From the NCBI GenBank assembly GCA_964016885.1, contig OZ024744.1, forward strand, positions 57,846,001 to 57,910,000: DNA of 64,000 nt. Direction: 5' to 3'. The translations under genes were made by a program, and so were the position numbers. Positions 25,901 to 41,300 of the stretch are shown in pieces (positions within the stretch are counted from its first letter, which is position 1; every line of letters starts with the position of its first letter). The notes under the pieces were generated by a model. The model was not told the origin of the DNA, searched no databases, and was given only the letters and a program-made list of their open reading frames with translations. Source of the DNA: Eledone cirrhosa. Its lineage: Eukaryota.

Positions 25901-28900
25901 ATCCCCTACTAACTAGCTCATATATCTCCTTCTAAACAGCTCATATACCCCCTACTAACCAGCTCATACAGCCTCTATTAACCACTAGTAACCAGCTGAT
26001 ATATCCCATACTAACGAGTTCATATATCCCCTACTAACCAGCTCATACATCCTCTACTAACCAGCTCATATATCCCCTACTAACCAGCTCATCTATTCCC
26101 TACTAACAATCTCATATATCCCCTACTAACCAGCTCATATAACCCCTGCTAACGAGGTTATATATCACATATTAAATAGCTCAAATATCACCTAATAACC
26201 AGCTCATATATCCCCAACTAACCAGCTCATATATGCCCTACTAACCAGCTCATATATCCCCTACTAACCAGCTCATATACCCTTACTAAACAGCTCATAT
26301 ATCCCCTACTAACCAGGTCATATATCCCCTAATAACCAGCTCATATATCCCCTACTAACCAGCTCATATAACCCCTACTAAACAGCTTATATATCACATG
26401 TTAAATAGCTCATATATCCCCTAATAACCAGCTCATATATCCCTAATTAACCAGCTCATATATGCCCTACTAACCAGCTCATATACCCTTACTAAACAGC
26501 TCATATATCCCCTACTAACAAGCTTATATATACCCTACTAAACAGCTCATGTAACCCCTACTAAGCAGGTTATAAATCCCCTATTCACATATTAAATAGC
26601 TCATATACCCCTACTACCAGCTCATCTATCCCGTACCACCCAGCTCAACTATCCTCTACTAACCAACTCATCTATCCTCTACTAACCAGCTCATATATCT
26701 CTTACAAACCAGGTAGTATATCCCCTACTAACCGGTTCATATATCCCCTACTAACCAGCTCATATATCGCCGACTAACCAGGTTATATATCCCCTACTAA
26801 CCAGCTCATATATCTCCTAATAATCAGTTAATATAACCCCTTCTAACCAGGTCATATATCCCTTACTAACAAGCTCATATATTCCCTACTAACCAACTCA
26901 TATACCCCCTACTAACCAGCTCATCTCTCCCCTTCTAACCAGCTCATCTATCCCCTACTACCCAGCTCATCTATCCACTAATAACCATCTCATATATCCC
27001 TTACTGACCAGGTAGTATATCGCCTCTAACCAGCTCATATATCCCTTACTATCCAGGTAGTATATACCCTAATAATCAGCTCATATATCCCATACTAACC
27101 AGTTCATATATCCGCTAATAACCAGCTCATATATCCCCTACTAGCCAGCTCATATATCCCCTACTAACCAGCTCATATATCCACTGCTAACCAGCTCAAC
27201 TATCCCCTAATAACCAGCTCATCTATCCCCTACTCACCAGTTCATCTATCCACTAATAACCAGCTATTATATCCCCTACTACCAGCTCATATACCCTTAC
27301 TAAACAGCTCATATATCCCCTACTAACTAGCTTATATAGCCCCTACTTACCAGTTCAATTATCCCTTATTAACAAGGTCTTATATCCCCTACTAACCAGG
27401 TCATATATCCCTTACTAAACCAGCTCACATATACCATACTAACCAGCTCATCTATCCTCTACTAACCAGGTTATATATCCCCTAATAACCAGCTCATGTA
27501 TCCCCTACTAACCAGCTCATTTATCCTTTACTAACCACCTCATATATCACCTACTAACCAGCTCATCATATATCACCTACTAACTAGCGTATAAATCACC
27601 TAATAACCAGCACATATATCCCATACTAACCAGGTTATATATCCCTTATTAACCAGCTCATATATCCCATACTAGCCAGTTCATATATCCCCTACTAACC
27701 AGTTCATATATCCCCAACTAGCCTGTTCGTCTATGCCCTACTAACCAGTTCATATATCCCCTACTAACCAGCTCATATATCCTCTACAAACCAGCTCATA
27801 TATATCCTTCTAACCAGCTCATATATCCCCTACTAACCAGTACATCTATTCCCTACTAACCAGCTGATCATATATCACCTACTAACTAGCCTATATATCC
27901 CGTACTAACCAGCACATATATCCCATACTAACCACTTCATATATCCCCTACTAACAAGCTCATATATCCACTACTAACCAGCTCATCTATCCCTTAATAA
28001 CCAGCTCATATATCCCCTGCTACCGAACCCATCTATCCCCTAATAACCATCTCATCTATCCCCTACTAACCAGTTCATCTATTTCCTAATAACCAGTTCA
28101 TCTATCCCCTAGTAACCAGCTCATATATCCCATACTTACCAGTTCATATATCCCCTACTAACCAGCTCATATATCCTCTACTAACCAGCTCATATATCCC
28201 CTACTAACCAGCGCATCTATTCCCTACTAACAATCTCATATATCCCCTACTAACCAGCTCATATAACCCCTGCTAACCAGGTTATATATCACAAATTAAA
28301 TAGCTCAAATATCACCTAATAACCAGCTCATATATCCCCAACTAACCAGCTCATATATGCCCTACTAACCAGCTCATATATCCCCTAATAACCAGCTCAT
28401 ATACCCTTACTAAACAGCTCATATATCCCCTAATAACCAGTTTATATATACCCTACTAACCAGCTCATATATCCCTTATTAACCAGGTCATATATCCCCT
28501 ATTAACCAGCTCATATATCCCTTAGTAACCTGCTCACATATCCCCTACTAACCAGCTCATATATACACTACTAACGAGTTCATATATCCCCTACTAACCA
28601 GCTCATATATGCCCTACTAACCAGCTCATATACCCCCTTCTAACCAGCTCATATATCCCTTAACAACTACCTCATATATTCCTTACTAATAAAATCATAT
28701 ATCGCCTACTAACCAACTCATCTAGCCCCTAATAACCAGCTCATATATCCCCTACTAACCTTCTCATATATTCCCTACTAACCAGCTCATATATCTCCTT
28801 CTAATCAGCTCATATACCCCCTACTAACCAGCTCATACAGCCTCTACTAACAATCTCATATATCCCCTACTAACCAGCTCATATAACCCCTGCTAACCAG

Positions 28901-31900
28901 GTTATATATCACATATTAAATAGCTCAAATATCACCTAATAACCAGCTCATATATCCCCTAATAACCAGCTCATATATCCCTTAGTAACCTGCTCACATG
29001 TCCCCTACTAACCAGCTCATATATACACTACTAACAAGTTCATATATCCCCTACTAACCAGCTCATATATGTCCTACTAACCAGCTCATATATCCCCTTC
29101 TAACCAGCTCATATATCCCTACTAACCATCTCATCTATGCCCTACTAATGAGATTATATATCCTCTAATAACCAGCTCATATATCCCCTACTAACCAGCT
29201 CATATAACCCCTATTATATATCACCTATTAAACAGTTCATCTATCCCCTAATAACCAGTTCATCTATCCCCTAATAACCAACTAATATATCCCCTACTAA
29301 CCAGCTCATATATGCCTTACTAACAAGCTCATATATCCCCTACTAACCAGCTTATATATCCCCTACTAACCAGATCATATATCCCCTACTAACGAGATTA
29401 TGTATCTCCTACTAACCAGATCATATATCCCTTATTAACCAGGTCATATATCCCATAATAACCAGCACATATATTCCCTACTAACCAGCTCATATATCCC
29501 CTTCTAACCAGTTCATATATCCCTTAGTAACCAGCTCATATATGCCTTACTAACAAGCTCATATATCCCCTACTAACCAGCTTATATATTCCCTACTAAC
29601 CAGCTCATATATCTCCTTCTAATCAGCTCATATACCATCTACTAACCAGCTCATACAGCCTCTATTAACCACTAGTAACCATCTCATATATCCCATACTA
29701 AACAGTTCATATATCCCCTACTAACCAGCTCATATATCCCCTGCTAACCAGCTCATACATCCGCTAATAACCAGCTCATCTATCCCCAACTAACAAGCTC
29801 ATATAACCCCTACTAACCAGGTTATATATCACATATTAAATAGCTGATATATCACCTAATAACCAGCTTATATATACCCTACTAACCAGCTCATATATAC
29901 CTTATTAACCAGGTCATATATCCCCTACTAACCAGCTCATATATCCCTTACTAACCTGCTCACATATCCCCTACTAACCAGCTCATATGTCCCCTACTAA
30001 CCAGCTCACATATCCCCTACTAACCGGCTCATATATGCCCTACTAACCAGTTCATATATCCCCTACTAACCACCTCATATATACGTTACTAATTATCTCA
30101 TATATCCCCTACTAACCAACTCATATATCCCCTACTAACCAGTTCATATATCCCCTAATAACCAGCTCATCTATGCCCTACTAACCAGTTCATATATCCC
30201 CTACTAACCAGCTCATATATCCCTTAAAAACCACCTCATATATACCTTACTAATAAGCTCATATATCCCCTACTAACCAACTCATATATCCCCTACTAAC
30301 CAGCTCACATATCCCCTACTAACCAGTTCATCTATCCCCTACTAGCCAGGTTATATATGCTTTAGTAACCAGCTCATATATCCCTACTAACCAGCTCATA
30401 TATGCCTTACTAACGAGATTATATATCCCCTACTAACCAGCTCATATATCCCCTACTACCAGCTCATATAACCCCTATTAACCAGCTTATATATCACCTA
30501 TTAACCTGCTCATATATCCCCTACTAACAAGCTCATCTATCCCTTACTAAGCAGCTCATATATCCCTTACTAACCAGGTAGTATATCCCTTACTAACCAG
30601 CGCATATATCCCATACGGACAAGTTCATATATCCTCTACTAACCAGCTCATATATCCCCTGCTAATGAACCCATCTATCGCCTAATAACCATCTCATCTA
30701 TCCCCTACTAAACAGTTCATCTATCCCCTAATAACTAGTTCATCTATCCCCTAATAACCAGCTCATATATCCCCTACTAACCAGCTCATATATGCCTTAC
30801 TAACAAGCTCATATATCCCCTACTAACCAGCTTTTATATCCCCTACTAACCAGATCATATATCCCCTACTAACGAGATTATGTATCTCCTACTAACCAGA
30901 TCATATATCCCTTATTAACCAGGTCATATATGCCATATTAACCAGCACATATATTCCCTACTAACAAGCTCAAATATCCCCTTCTGACCAGTTCATATAT
31001 CCCTTACTAACCAGCTCATATATGCCTTACTAACAAGCTCCTATATCCCCTACTAACCAGCCTATATATTCCATACTAAACAGCTCATATATCCCCTCAT
31101 AACCAGCTCATATATCCCTTTCTAATCAGCTCATATACCCTCTACTAACCAGCTCATACAGCCTCTATTAACCACTAGTAACCAGCTCATATATCCCATA
31201 CTAACTAGTTAATATATCCCCTACTAACCAGCTCATATATCCCCTGCTAACCAGCTCATATATCCCCTAATAACCATCTCATCTATCCCCTGCTAACCAG
31301 CTCATATAACCCCTACTAACCAGGTTATATATCACATATTAACCTAAAAACCAGCTCATATATCCCCAACTAACCAGATCATATATACCCTTACTAAACA
31401 GCTCATATATCCCCTACTAACCAACTCATATATCCCTTATTAACCAGGTCATATATCCCCTACTAACCAGCGCATATATCCCTTACTGACCTGCTCACAT
31501 ATCCCCTACTAACCAGCTCATATATACCCTACTAACCAGTTCATATATCCCCTACTAACCAGCTCATATATCCCCTACTAACCAGTTCATATATCCCCTA
31601 CTAACCAGGTTATATATCCCTTACTGACCAGCTCATATATCCCCTACTAACCATCTCATATATCCCCTCCTAGCGAGCTCATATATCCCATACTAACCAG
31701 ATCATATATCCCCTATTAACCAGCTCATATATCCACTACTAACCAGATTATATATCACCCATTAACCAGCTCATATATCCACTACTAACCAGCTGAGCTA
31801 TCACCTACTAACCAGCTCATATATCTCCTTCTAAACAGCTCATATACCACCTACTAACTAGCTCATACAGCCTCTATAAATCACTAGTAACCAGCTCATA

Positions 31901-34900
31901 TATCCCATACTAACCAGTTCGTATATCCCCAACTAACCAGCTCATATATCGCCTACTTACCGGCTCATATATCCCCTACGAACAAGCTCATATATCCTCT
32001 ACTAACCAGCCTATATATCCCCTCCTAGTGAATTCATATATCCCATACTAACCAGTTCATATATCACCTATTAACCAGCTCATATATCCCCTACTAACCA
32101 GCTTATATATCACCTATTAACCAGCTCATATATCTCCTACTAACCAGCTGATCTATCCCCTACTAACCAGCTCATATATCTCCTTCTAAACAGCTCATAT
32201 ACCCCCTACTAACCAGCTCATACAGCCTCTATTAACCACTAGTAACCAGCTCATATATCCCATACTAACCACTTCATATATCCCCTACTAACCAGCTCAT
32301 ATATACCCCACTAACCACCTCATATATCCCCTACTATCAAACTCATCCATTCCCTACTAACAAGCTCATATATCCCCTACTAACCAGCTCATCTAACCCC
32401 TACTAACCAGGTTATATATCACATATTAAATAGCTGATATATCATCTAATAACCAGCTCATATATCCCCAACTAACCAGCTCATATATGCCCTACTAACC
32501 AGCTCATACATCCCCTACTAACCAGCTTATATACCCTTACTAAACAGCTCATATATCCCCTACTAACCAGCTTATATATACCCTACTAACCAGCTCATAT
32601 ATACCCTACTAACCAGTTCATATATGCCCTAGTAACCAGTTCCTATATACCCTACTAACCAGCTCATATATCCCTTAACAACCACCTCATATATACCTTA
32701 CTAATAAGCTCATATTACCCCTACTAACCAACTCATATATCCCCTACTAACCAGTTCATATATCCCCTACTAACCAGCTCATCTATTCCCAACTAACCAG
32801 GTTATATATCCCTTACTAACCAGCTCATATATCCCCTACTAACCATCTCATATATCCCCTCCTTGCGAGCTCATATATCCCCTACTAACCAGTTCATATA
32901 TCCCCTATTAACCAGCTCATATATCCCCTACTAACCAGCTTATATATCACCTATTAACCAGCTCATATATCCCCTACTAACCAGCTGATCTATCACCTAC
33001 TAACCAGCTCATATATTCCTTACTAACCAGCTCACTTATTCCCTACCAACCAGCTCATATATCCCCTACAAACCAGCTCATATATTTCCTTCTAACCAGC
33101 TCATATACTCCCTACTACCCAGCTCATACAGCCCCTACTAACCATTACTAACCAGTTCATAAATCCCCTACTAAGCAGCTCATCTAACCCCTAATAACCA
33201 GTTCGTATATCTCCTACTATCCAGCTCATATATCCCTTACTAACCAACTCATCTATCCCCTACTAACCAGGTTACATATGCTTTAGTAACCAGCTCATAT
33301 ATCCCTTACTAACCAACTCATATATCCCTACTAACCATCTCATCTATGCCCTACTAACGAGATTATATATCCCCTACTAACCAGCTCATATATCCCCTAC
33401 TAACCAGCTCATACAACCCCTATTAACCAGCTTATATATCACCTATTAACCTGCTCATATATCCCTTACTAACCAGCTCATCTATCCCCTACTAATTAGC
33501 TCATATATCCCTTACTAACCGGGTAGTATATCCCTTACTAACCAGCTCATATATCCCATACTGACCAGTTCATATATCCCCTATTAACTAGCTCATATAT
33601 CCCCTGCTAATGAACACATCTATCCTCTAATAACCATCTCATCAATCCCCTACTAAACAGTTCATCTATCAACTAATAACCAGTTCATATATCCCCTACT
33701 AACCAGCTCATATATGCCTTACTATCAAGCTCATATATCCCCTAACTAACCGGCTTATATATCCCCTACTAACCAGATCATATATCCCCTACTAACCAGA
33801 TCATATATCCCTTATTAACCAGGTCATACATCCCATATTATTGAGCACATATATTCCCTACTAACCAGCTCATATATCCCCTACTAACCAGTTCATATAT
33901 CCCATACTAACCAGCTCATATATCCCCTACTAACCAAATCATATATCCCTTACTGACCAGTCATATATCCCTTACTAACCAGCTCAGATACCCCCTACTA
34001 ACCCGCTCATATATCCCCTACTAACCAGCTCATATAACCCTTAATAACCAGCACATATAACCCTTAATAACCAGCTCATATAACCCTTTACCAATCAGCT
34101 CATCCATCCCCTTCTAACCAGGTTATATATCCCTTACTAACCGGTTCATATATCCCTTAATAACCAGCTTATATATCACCTATTAACCAGCTCATATATC
34201 CCCTACTAACCAGCTCATATATCCCCTACTAAACAGCTCATATATCCCTTACTAACCAGGTAGTGTATCCCCTACTAACCAGCTCATATATCCCCTACTA
34301 ACCAGCTCATATACCCCCTGCCAACCAACTCATCTATTCCCTAATAACAGTCTCATCTATCCCCTACTAACCAGTTCATCTATCCCCTACTAACCAGCTC
34401 ATATATGCCCTACTAACAAGCTTATATATCCCCAACTAACCAGATCATATATCCCTTATTAATCAGATCATATATACCATACTAAAAAGCACATATATCC
34501 CATACTAATCAGTTCATATATCCCCTACTAACTAGCTAAAATATATCCGCTACTAACCAGCTCATCTATCCCCTACTAACCAGCTCATATATCCCCTACT
34601 AACCAACTCATATACCCTCTACTAACCAGCTCATATGCCCCCTACTAACCAGCTCATATATCCCCTACTAACCAGCTCCTCTATACCTTACTGACCAGCT
34701 CATTTATCGCTTAGTAACCACCTCATCTATCCCCTAGTAACCAGCTCATATATCCCTTACTAACCAGCTCATCTATCCCTTACTAACCAGCTCATCTATC
34801 CCCTACTAACTAGCTCATATATCCCCTCCTAACCAGTTCATAGATCCCTGACTAAGCAGCTGATATATCCCCTACTAAGCAGCTCATCTATCCCCTACTA

Positions 34901-35332
34901 ACCAGCTCATATATCCCCTACTAACAAACTCATATACCCTCTACTAACATGCTCATATATCCCCTACTAACCAGTTCATCTATCCCCTATTAACCAGCTC
35001 ATATACCCCCTACTAACCAGCTCAGAAATCCCCTAATGACCAGCTCATATATATCCTACTAACCAGCTCATATATCCCTTACTAACCAGATCATATATCC
35101 TCTACTAACCAGCTCATATAACCCCTATTAACCAGATTATATATCACCTACTAAACTGTTCATCTATCCCGTAATAACCAGTTCATCTATCCCCTAATAA
35201 CCAACTAATATTTCCCCTACTAACCAGCTCATATATGCCTTACTAACAAGCTCATATATCCCCTACTAACCAGCTTATATATCCCCTACTAACCAGATCA
35301 TATATCCCCTACTAACGAGATTATGTATCTCC

Positions 35333-38300
35333 TACTAACCAGATCATATATCCCTTATTAACCAGGTCATATATCCCATACTAACCAGCTCATATATCCC
35401 CTTCTAACCAGTTCATATATCCCTTAGTAACCAGCTCATATATGCCTTACTAACAAGCTCATATATCCCCTAATAACCAGCTTATATATTCCCTACTAAC
35501 CAGCTCATATATCCCCTACTAACCAGCTCATATATCTCCTAATCAGCTCATATACCCTCTACTGTCCAGCTCATACAGCCTCTATTAACCACTAGTAACC
35601 ATCTCATATATCCCATACTAAACAGTTCATACATCCCCTACTAACAAGCTCATATAACCCCTACTAACCAGGTTATATATCACATATTAAATAGCTGATA
35701 TATCACCTAATAACCAGCATATATATACCCTAATAACCAGCTCATATATACCTTATTAACCAGGTCATATATCCCCTTCTAACCGGCTCATATATCCCTT
35801 ACTAACCTGCTCACATATCCCCTACTAACCAGCTCATATATACCCTACTAACCAGTTCATATATCCCCTACTAACCGGCTCATGTATGCCCTACTAACCG
35901 GCTCATATATGCCCTACTAACCAGTTCATATATCCCCTACTAACCAGCTCATATATACCTTAACAACCACCTCATATATACCTTACTAATAAGCTCATAT
36001 ATCCCCTACTAACCAACTCATATATCCCCTACTAACCAGTTCATATATCCCCTAATAAGCAGCTCATCTATGCCCTACTAACCTGTTCATATATCCCCTA
36101 CTAACCAGCTCATATATCCCCTACTAACCAATTCATCTATCCCCTACTAACCAGGTTATATATGCTTTAGTAACCAGCTCATATATCCCTTACTAACCAG
36201 CTCATATATCCCTACTAACCATCTCATCTATCCCCTACTAACCAGCTCATATATCCCCTACTAACCAGCTCATATAACCCCTATTAACCAGCTTATATAT
36301 CACCTATTAACCTGCTCATATATCCCCTACTAACCAGCTCATCTATCCCTTACTAAGCAGCTCATATATCCCTTACTAACCAGGTAGTATATCCCCTACT
36401 AACCAGCTCATATATCCCATACGGACCAGTTCATATATCCTCTATTAACCAGCTCATATATCCCCTGCTAATGAACCCATCTAGCCCCTAATAACCATCT
36501 CATCTATCCCCTACTAAACAGTTCATCTATCCCCTAATAACCAGTTCATCTATCCCCTAATAACCAGCTCATATATCCCCTACTAACCAGCTCATATATG
36601 CCTTACTAACAAGCTCATATATCCCCTACTAACCAGCTTTTATATCCCCTACTAACCAGATCATATATCCCCTACTAACGAGATTATGTATCTCCTACTA
36701 ACCAGATCATATATCCCTTATTAACCAGGTCATATATCCCATATTAACCAGCACATATATTCCCTACTAACCAGCTGATATATCCCCTTCTGACCAGTTC
36801 ATATATCCCTTACTAACCAGCTCATATATGCCTTACTAACAAGCTCCTATATCCCCTACTAACCAGCCTATATATTCCATATTAACCAGCTCATATATCC
36901 CCTAATAACCAGCTCATATATCCCTTTCTAATCAGCTCATATACCCTCTACTAACCAGCTCATACAGCCTCTATTAACCACTAGTAACCAGCTCATATAT
37001 CCCATACTAACTAGTTAATATATCCCCTACTAACCAGCTCATATATCCCCTGCTAACCAGCTCATATATCCCCTAATAACCATCTCATCTATCCCCTACT
37101 AAAAAGCTCATATATCCCCTGCTAACCAGCTCATATAACCCCTACTAACCAGGTTATATATCACATATTAAATAGCTCATATATCACCTAAAAACCAGCT
37201 CATATATCCCCAACTAACCAGATCGTATATGCCCTACTAACCAGCTCATATATCCTTTATTATCCAGCTCATATGCCCTTACTAAACAGCTCATATATCC
37301 CCTACTAACCAGCTCATATATCCCTTATTAACCAGGTCATATATCCCCTACTAACCAGCGCATATATCCCTTACTAACCTGCTCACATATCCCCTACTAA
37401 CCAGCTCATATATACCCTACTAACCAGTTCACATATCCCCTACTAACCAGCTCATATATCCCCTACTAACCAGTTCATATATCCCCTACTAACCAGGTTA
37501 TATATCCCTTACTGACCAGCTCATATATCCCCTACTAACCATCTCATATATCCCTCCTAGCGAGCTCATATATCCCATACTAACCAGATCATATATCCCC
37601 TATCAACCAGCTCATATATCCCCTACTAACCAGATTATATATCACCCATTAACCAGCTCATATATCCACTACTAACCAGCTGATCTATCACCTACTAACC
37701 AGCTCATATATCTCCTTATAAACAGCTCATATACCCCCTACTAACTAGCTCATACAGCCTCTATTAACCACTAGTAACCAGCTCCTATATCCCATACTAA
37801 CCAGTTCGTATATCCCCTACTAACCAGCTCATATATCCCCTACTAACCAGCTCATCTATCCCCTACTAAGCAGCTTATCTATCCCCTAATAACCAGTTCA
37901 TCTATCACCTACTAACCAGTTCATATATCCCCTACTAACCAGCTTATATATCCCCTACTAACCAGCTCATATATTCCCTACTAACCAGCTCATATATCCC
38001 GTAATAACCAGGTTATATATACCCTCCTAACCAGCTCATATAGCCCTTATTAACCAGGTCATATATCCCATATTAACCAGCACATATATCCCCTAATAAC
38101 CAGGTTATATATACCCTACTAACCAGCTCATATATCCCTTACTAACCAGTTCATATATCCCCAACTAACCAGTTCATCTATGCCCTATTAACCAGCTCAT
38201 ATATCCTCTACTAACCAGCTCATATATCCCTTACTGACCCGCTCACATTTACCCTACTAACCAGCTCATATATCCTCTACTAACCAGCGCATATACCTCC

Positions 38301-41300
38301 TTCTAACCAGCTCATATACCCCCTACTAACCAGCTCATACACCCCCTACTAACCACTACTACCCAGTTCATATATCCTCTACTAACCAGCTCATATATCC
38401 CCTACTAACCAGCTATAATATATCCACTACTAACCAGATCATCTATCCCCTCCTAACCAGTTCATATATCCCCGACTAACCAGCTCATATATTCCCTACC
38501 AACCAGCTAATATATACCCTACTAAGCAGCTCATCTATCCCTTACTAACCAGCCCATATGCCCCCTACTAACCAGCTCATATGCCCCCTACTAACCAGCT
38601 CATATATTCCCTATTAACCAGCTAATCTATCCCTTACTCACCACCTCATATATCGCTTACTAACCACCTCATCTATCCCCTAGTAACCAGCTTATACATC
38701 CCTTACTAACCAGCTCATCCATCCCTTACTAACCAGCTCGGAAATACCCTACTAACCAGCTCGTATATCCCCTATTAACCAGCTCATATATCCCCTACTA
38801 ACCAGCTCACATATCCCCTACTAACCAGCTCACATATCCCCTACTAACCAGCTCATATAGCCCCTACTAACCAGCTCATCTAACCCCTACTAACCAGTTC
38901 ATCTATCCCCTATTAACCAGCTCATATACCCCCTACTAACCAGCTCATATATCCCTTACTAACCAGGTCATATATCCCCTACTAACCAGCTCATACATCC
39001 TATACTAACCAGTTCATATATCTTCTACTAATCAACTCATATATCCCCTACTAACCAGCTCATATATCCCCTACTAACCAGCTCATATATCCCCTACTAA
39101 CCAGCTCATATACCCCTTACTAACCAGGTCATATATCCCATACTAACCAGCACATATATCCCCAACTAAGCAGTTTATCTATGCCCTGTTAACGAGCTCA
39201 TATATCCCCTACTAACCATCTGATATATCCCATATTAACCAGCTCATCTATCCACTATTAACCAGTTCATGTATCTTTTACTAACCAGCTCATTTATCCC
39301 TTACTAACCAGGTCATATATCCTTTACTAACCAGCTCACCTATCCCCTAGTAACCAGGTTATATATCCCTTACTAACCAGCTCATATATCCCTTACTAAC
39401 CAGATAATATATCCCCAACTAACCAGCTCATACATCCCATGCTAACCAGTTCATATATCTTCTACTAATCAGCTCATATATCCCCTACTAACCAGCTCAT
39501 GTATCCCCTAATAACCAGCTCATCTATCCCATAATAACCAGCTCATATATCCCCTACCAACCAACTCATATACCCTCTACAAACCAGCTCATATACACCC
39601 TACTAACCAGCTCATATATCCCCTACTAACCAGCTGATATATCCCCTACTAACCAAATCATCTATCCCTTACTAACCAGTTCATATATTCTCTACTAACC
39701 AGCTCATATATCCCATATTAACCAGCTCATCTACACCCTACTAACCAGATCATATATCCCTTATTAACCAGGTCATATATCCCATACTAACCAGCTCATA
39801 TATCCCCTTCTAACCAGTTCATATATCCCTTAGTAACCAGCTCATATATGCCTTACTAACAAGCTCATATATCCCCTAATAACCAGCTTATATATTCCCT
39901 ACTAACCAGCTCATATATCCCCTACTAACCAGCTCATATATCTCCTAATCAGCTCATATACCCTCTACTGTCCAGCTCATACAGCCTCTATTAACCACTA
40001 GTAACCATCTCATATATCCCATACTAAACAGTTCATACATCCCCTACTAACAAGCTCATATAACCCCTACTAACCAGGTTATATATCACATATTAAATAG
40101 CTGATATATCACCTAATAACCAGCATATATATACCCTAATAACCAGCTCATATATACCTTATTAACCAGGTCATATATCCCCTTCTAACCGGCTCATATA
40201 TCCCTTACTAACCTGCTCACATATCCCCTACTAACCAGCTCATATATACCCTACTAACCAGTTCATATATCCCCTACTAACCGGCTCATGTATGCCCTAC
40301 TAACCGGCTCATATATGCCCTACTAACCAGTTCATATATCCCCTACTAACCAGCTCATATATACCTTACTAATAAGCTCATATATCCCCTACTAACCAAC
40401 TCATATATCCCCTACTAACCAGTTCATATATCCCCTAATAAGCAGCTCATCTATGCCCTACTAACCTGTTGATATATCCCCTACTAACCAGCTCATATAT
40501 CCCCTACTAACCAATTCATCTATCCCCTACTAACCAGGTTATATATGCTTTAGTAACCAGCTCATATATCCCTTACTAACCAGCTCATATATCCCTACTA
40601 ACCATCTCATCTATCCCCTACTAACCAGCTCATATATCCCCTACTAACCAGCTCATATAACCCCTATTAACCAGCTTATATATCACCTATTAACCTGCTC
40701 ATATATCCCCTACTAACCAGCTCATCTATCCCTTACTAAGCAGCTCATATATCCCTTACTAACCAGGTAGTATATCCCCTACTAACCAGCTCATATATCC
40801 CATACGGACCAGTTCATATATCCTCTATTAACCAGCTCATATATCCCCTGCTAATGAACCCATCTAGCCCCTAATAACCATCTCATCTATCCCCTACTAA
40901 ACAGTTCATCTATCCCCTAATAACCAGTTCATCTATCCCCTAATAACCAGCTCATATATCCCCTACTAACCAGCTCATATATGCCTTACTAACAAGCTCA
41001 TATATCCCCTACTAACCAGCTTTTATATCCCCTACTAACCAGATCATATATCCCCTACTAACGAGATTATGTATCTCCTACTAACCAGATCATATATCCC
41101 TTATTAACCAGGTCATATATCCCATATTAACCAGCACATATATTCCCTACTAACCAGCTGATATATCCCCTTCTGACCAGTTCATATATCCCTTACTAAC
41201 CAGCTCATATATGCCTTACTAACAAGCTCCTATATCCCCTACTAACCAGCCTATATATTCCATATTAACCAGCTCATATATCCCCTAATAACCAGCTCAT

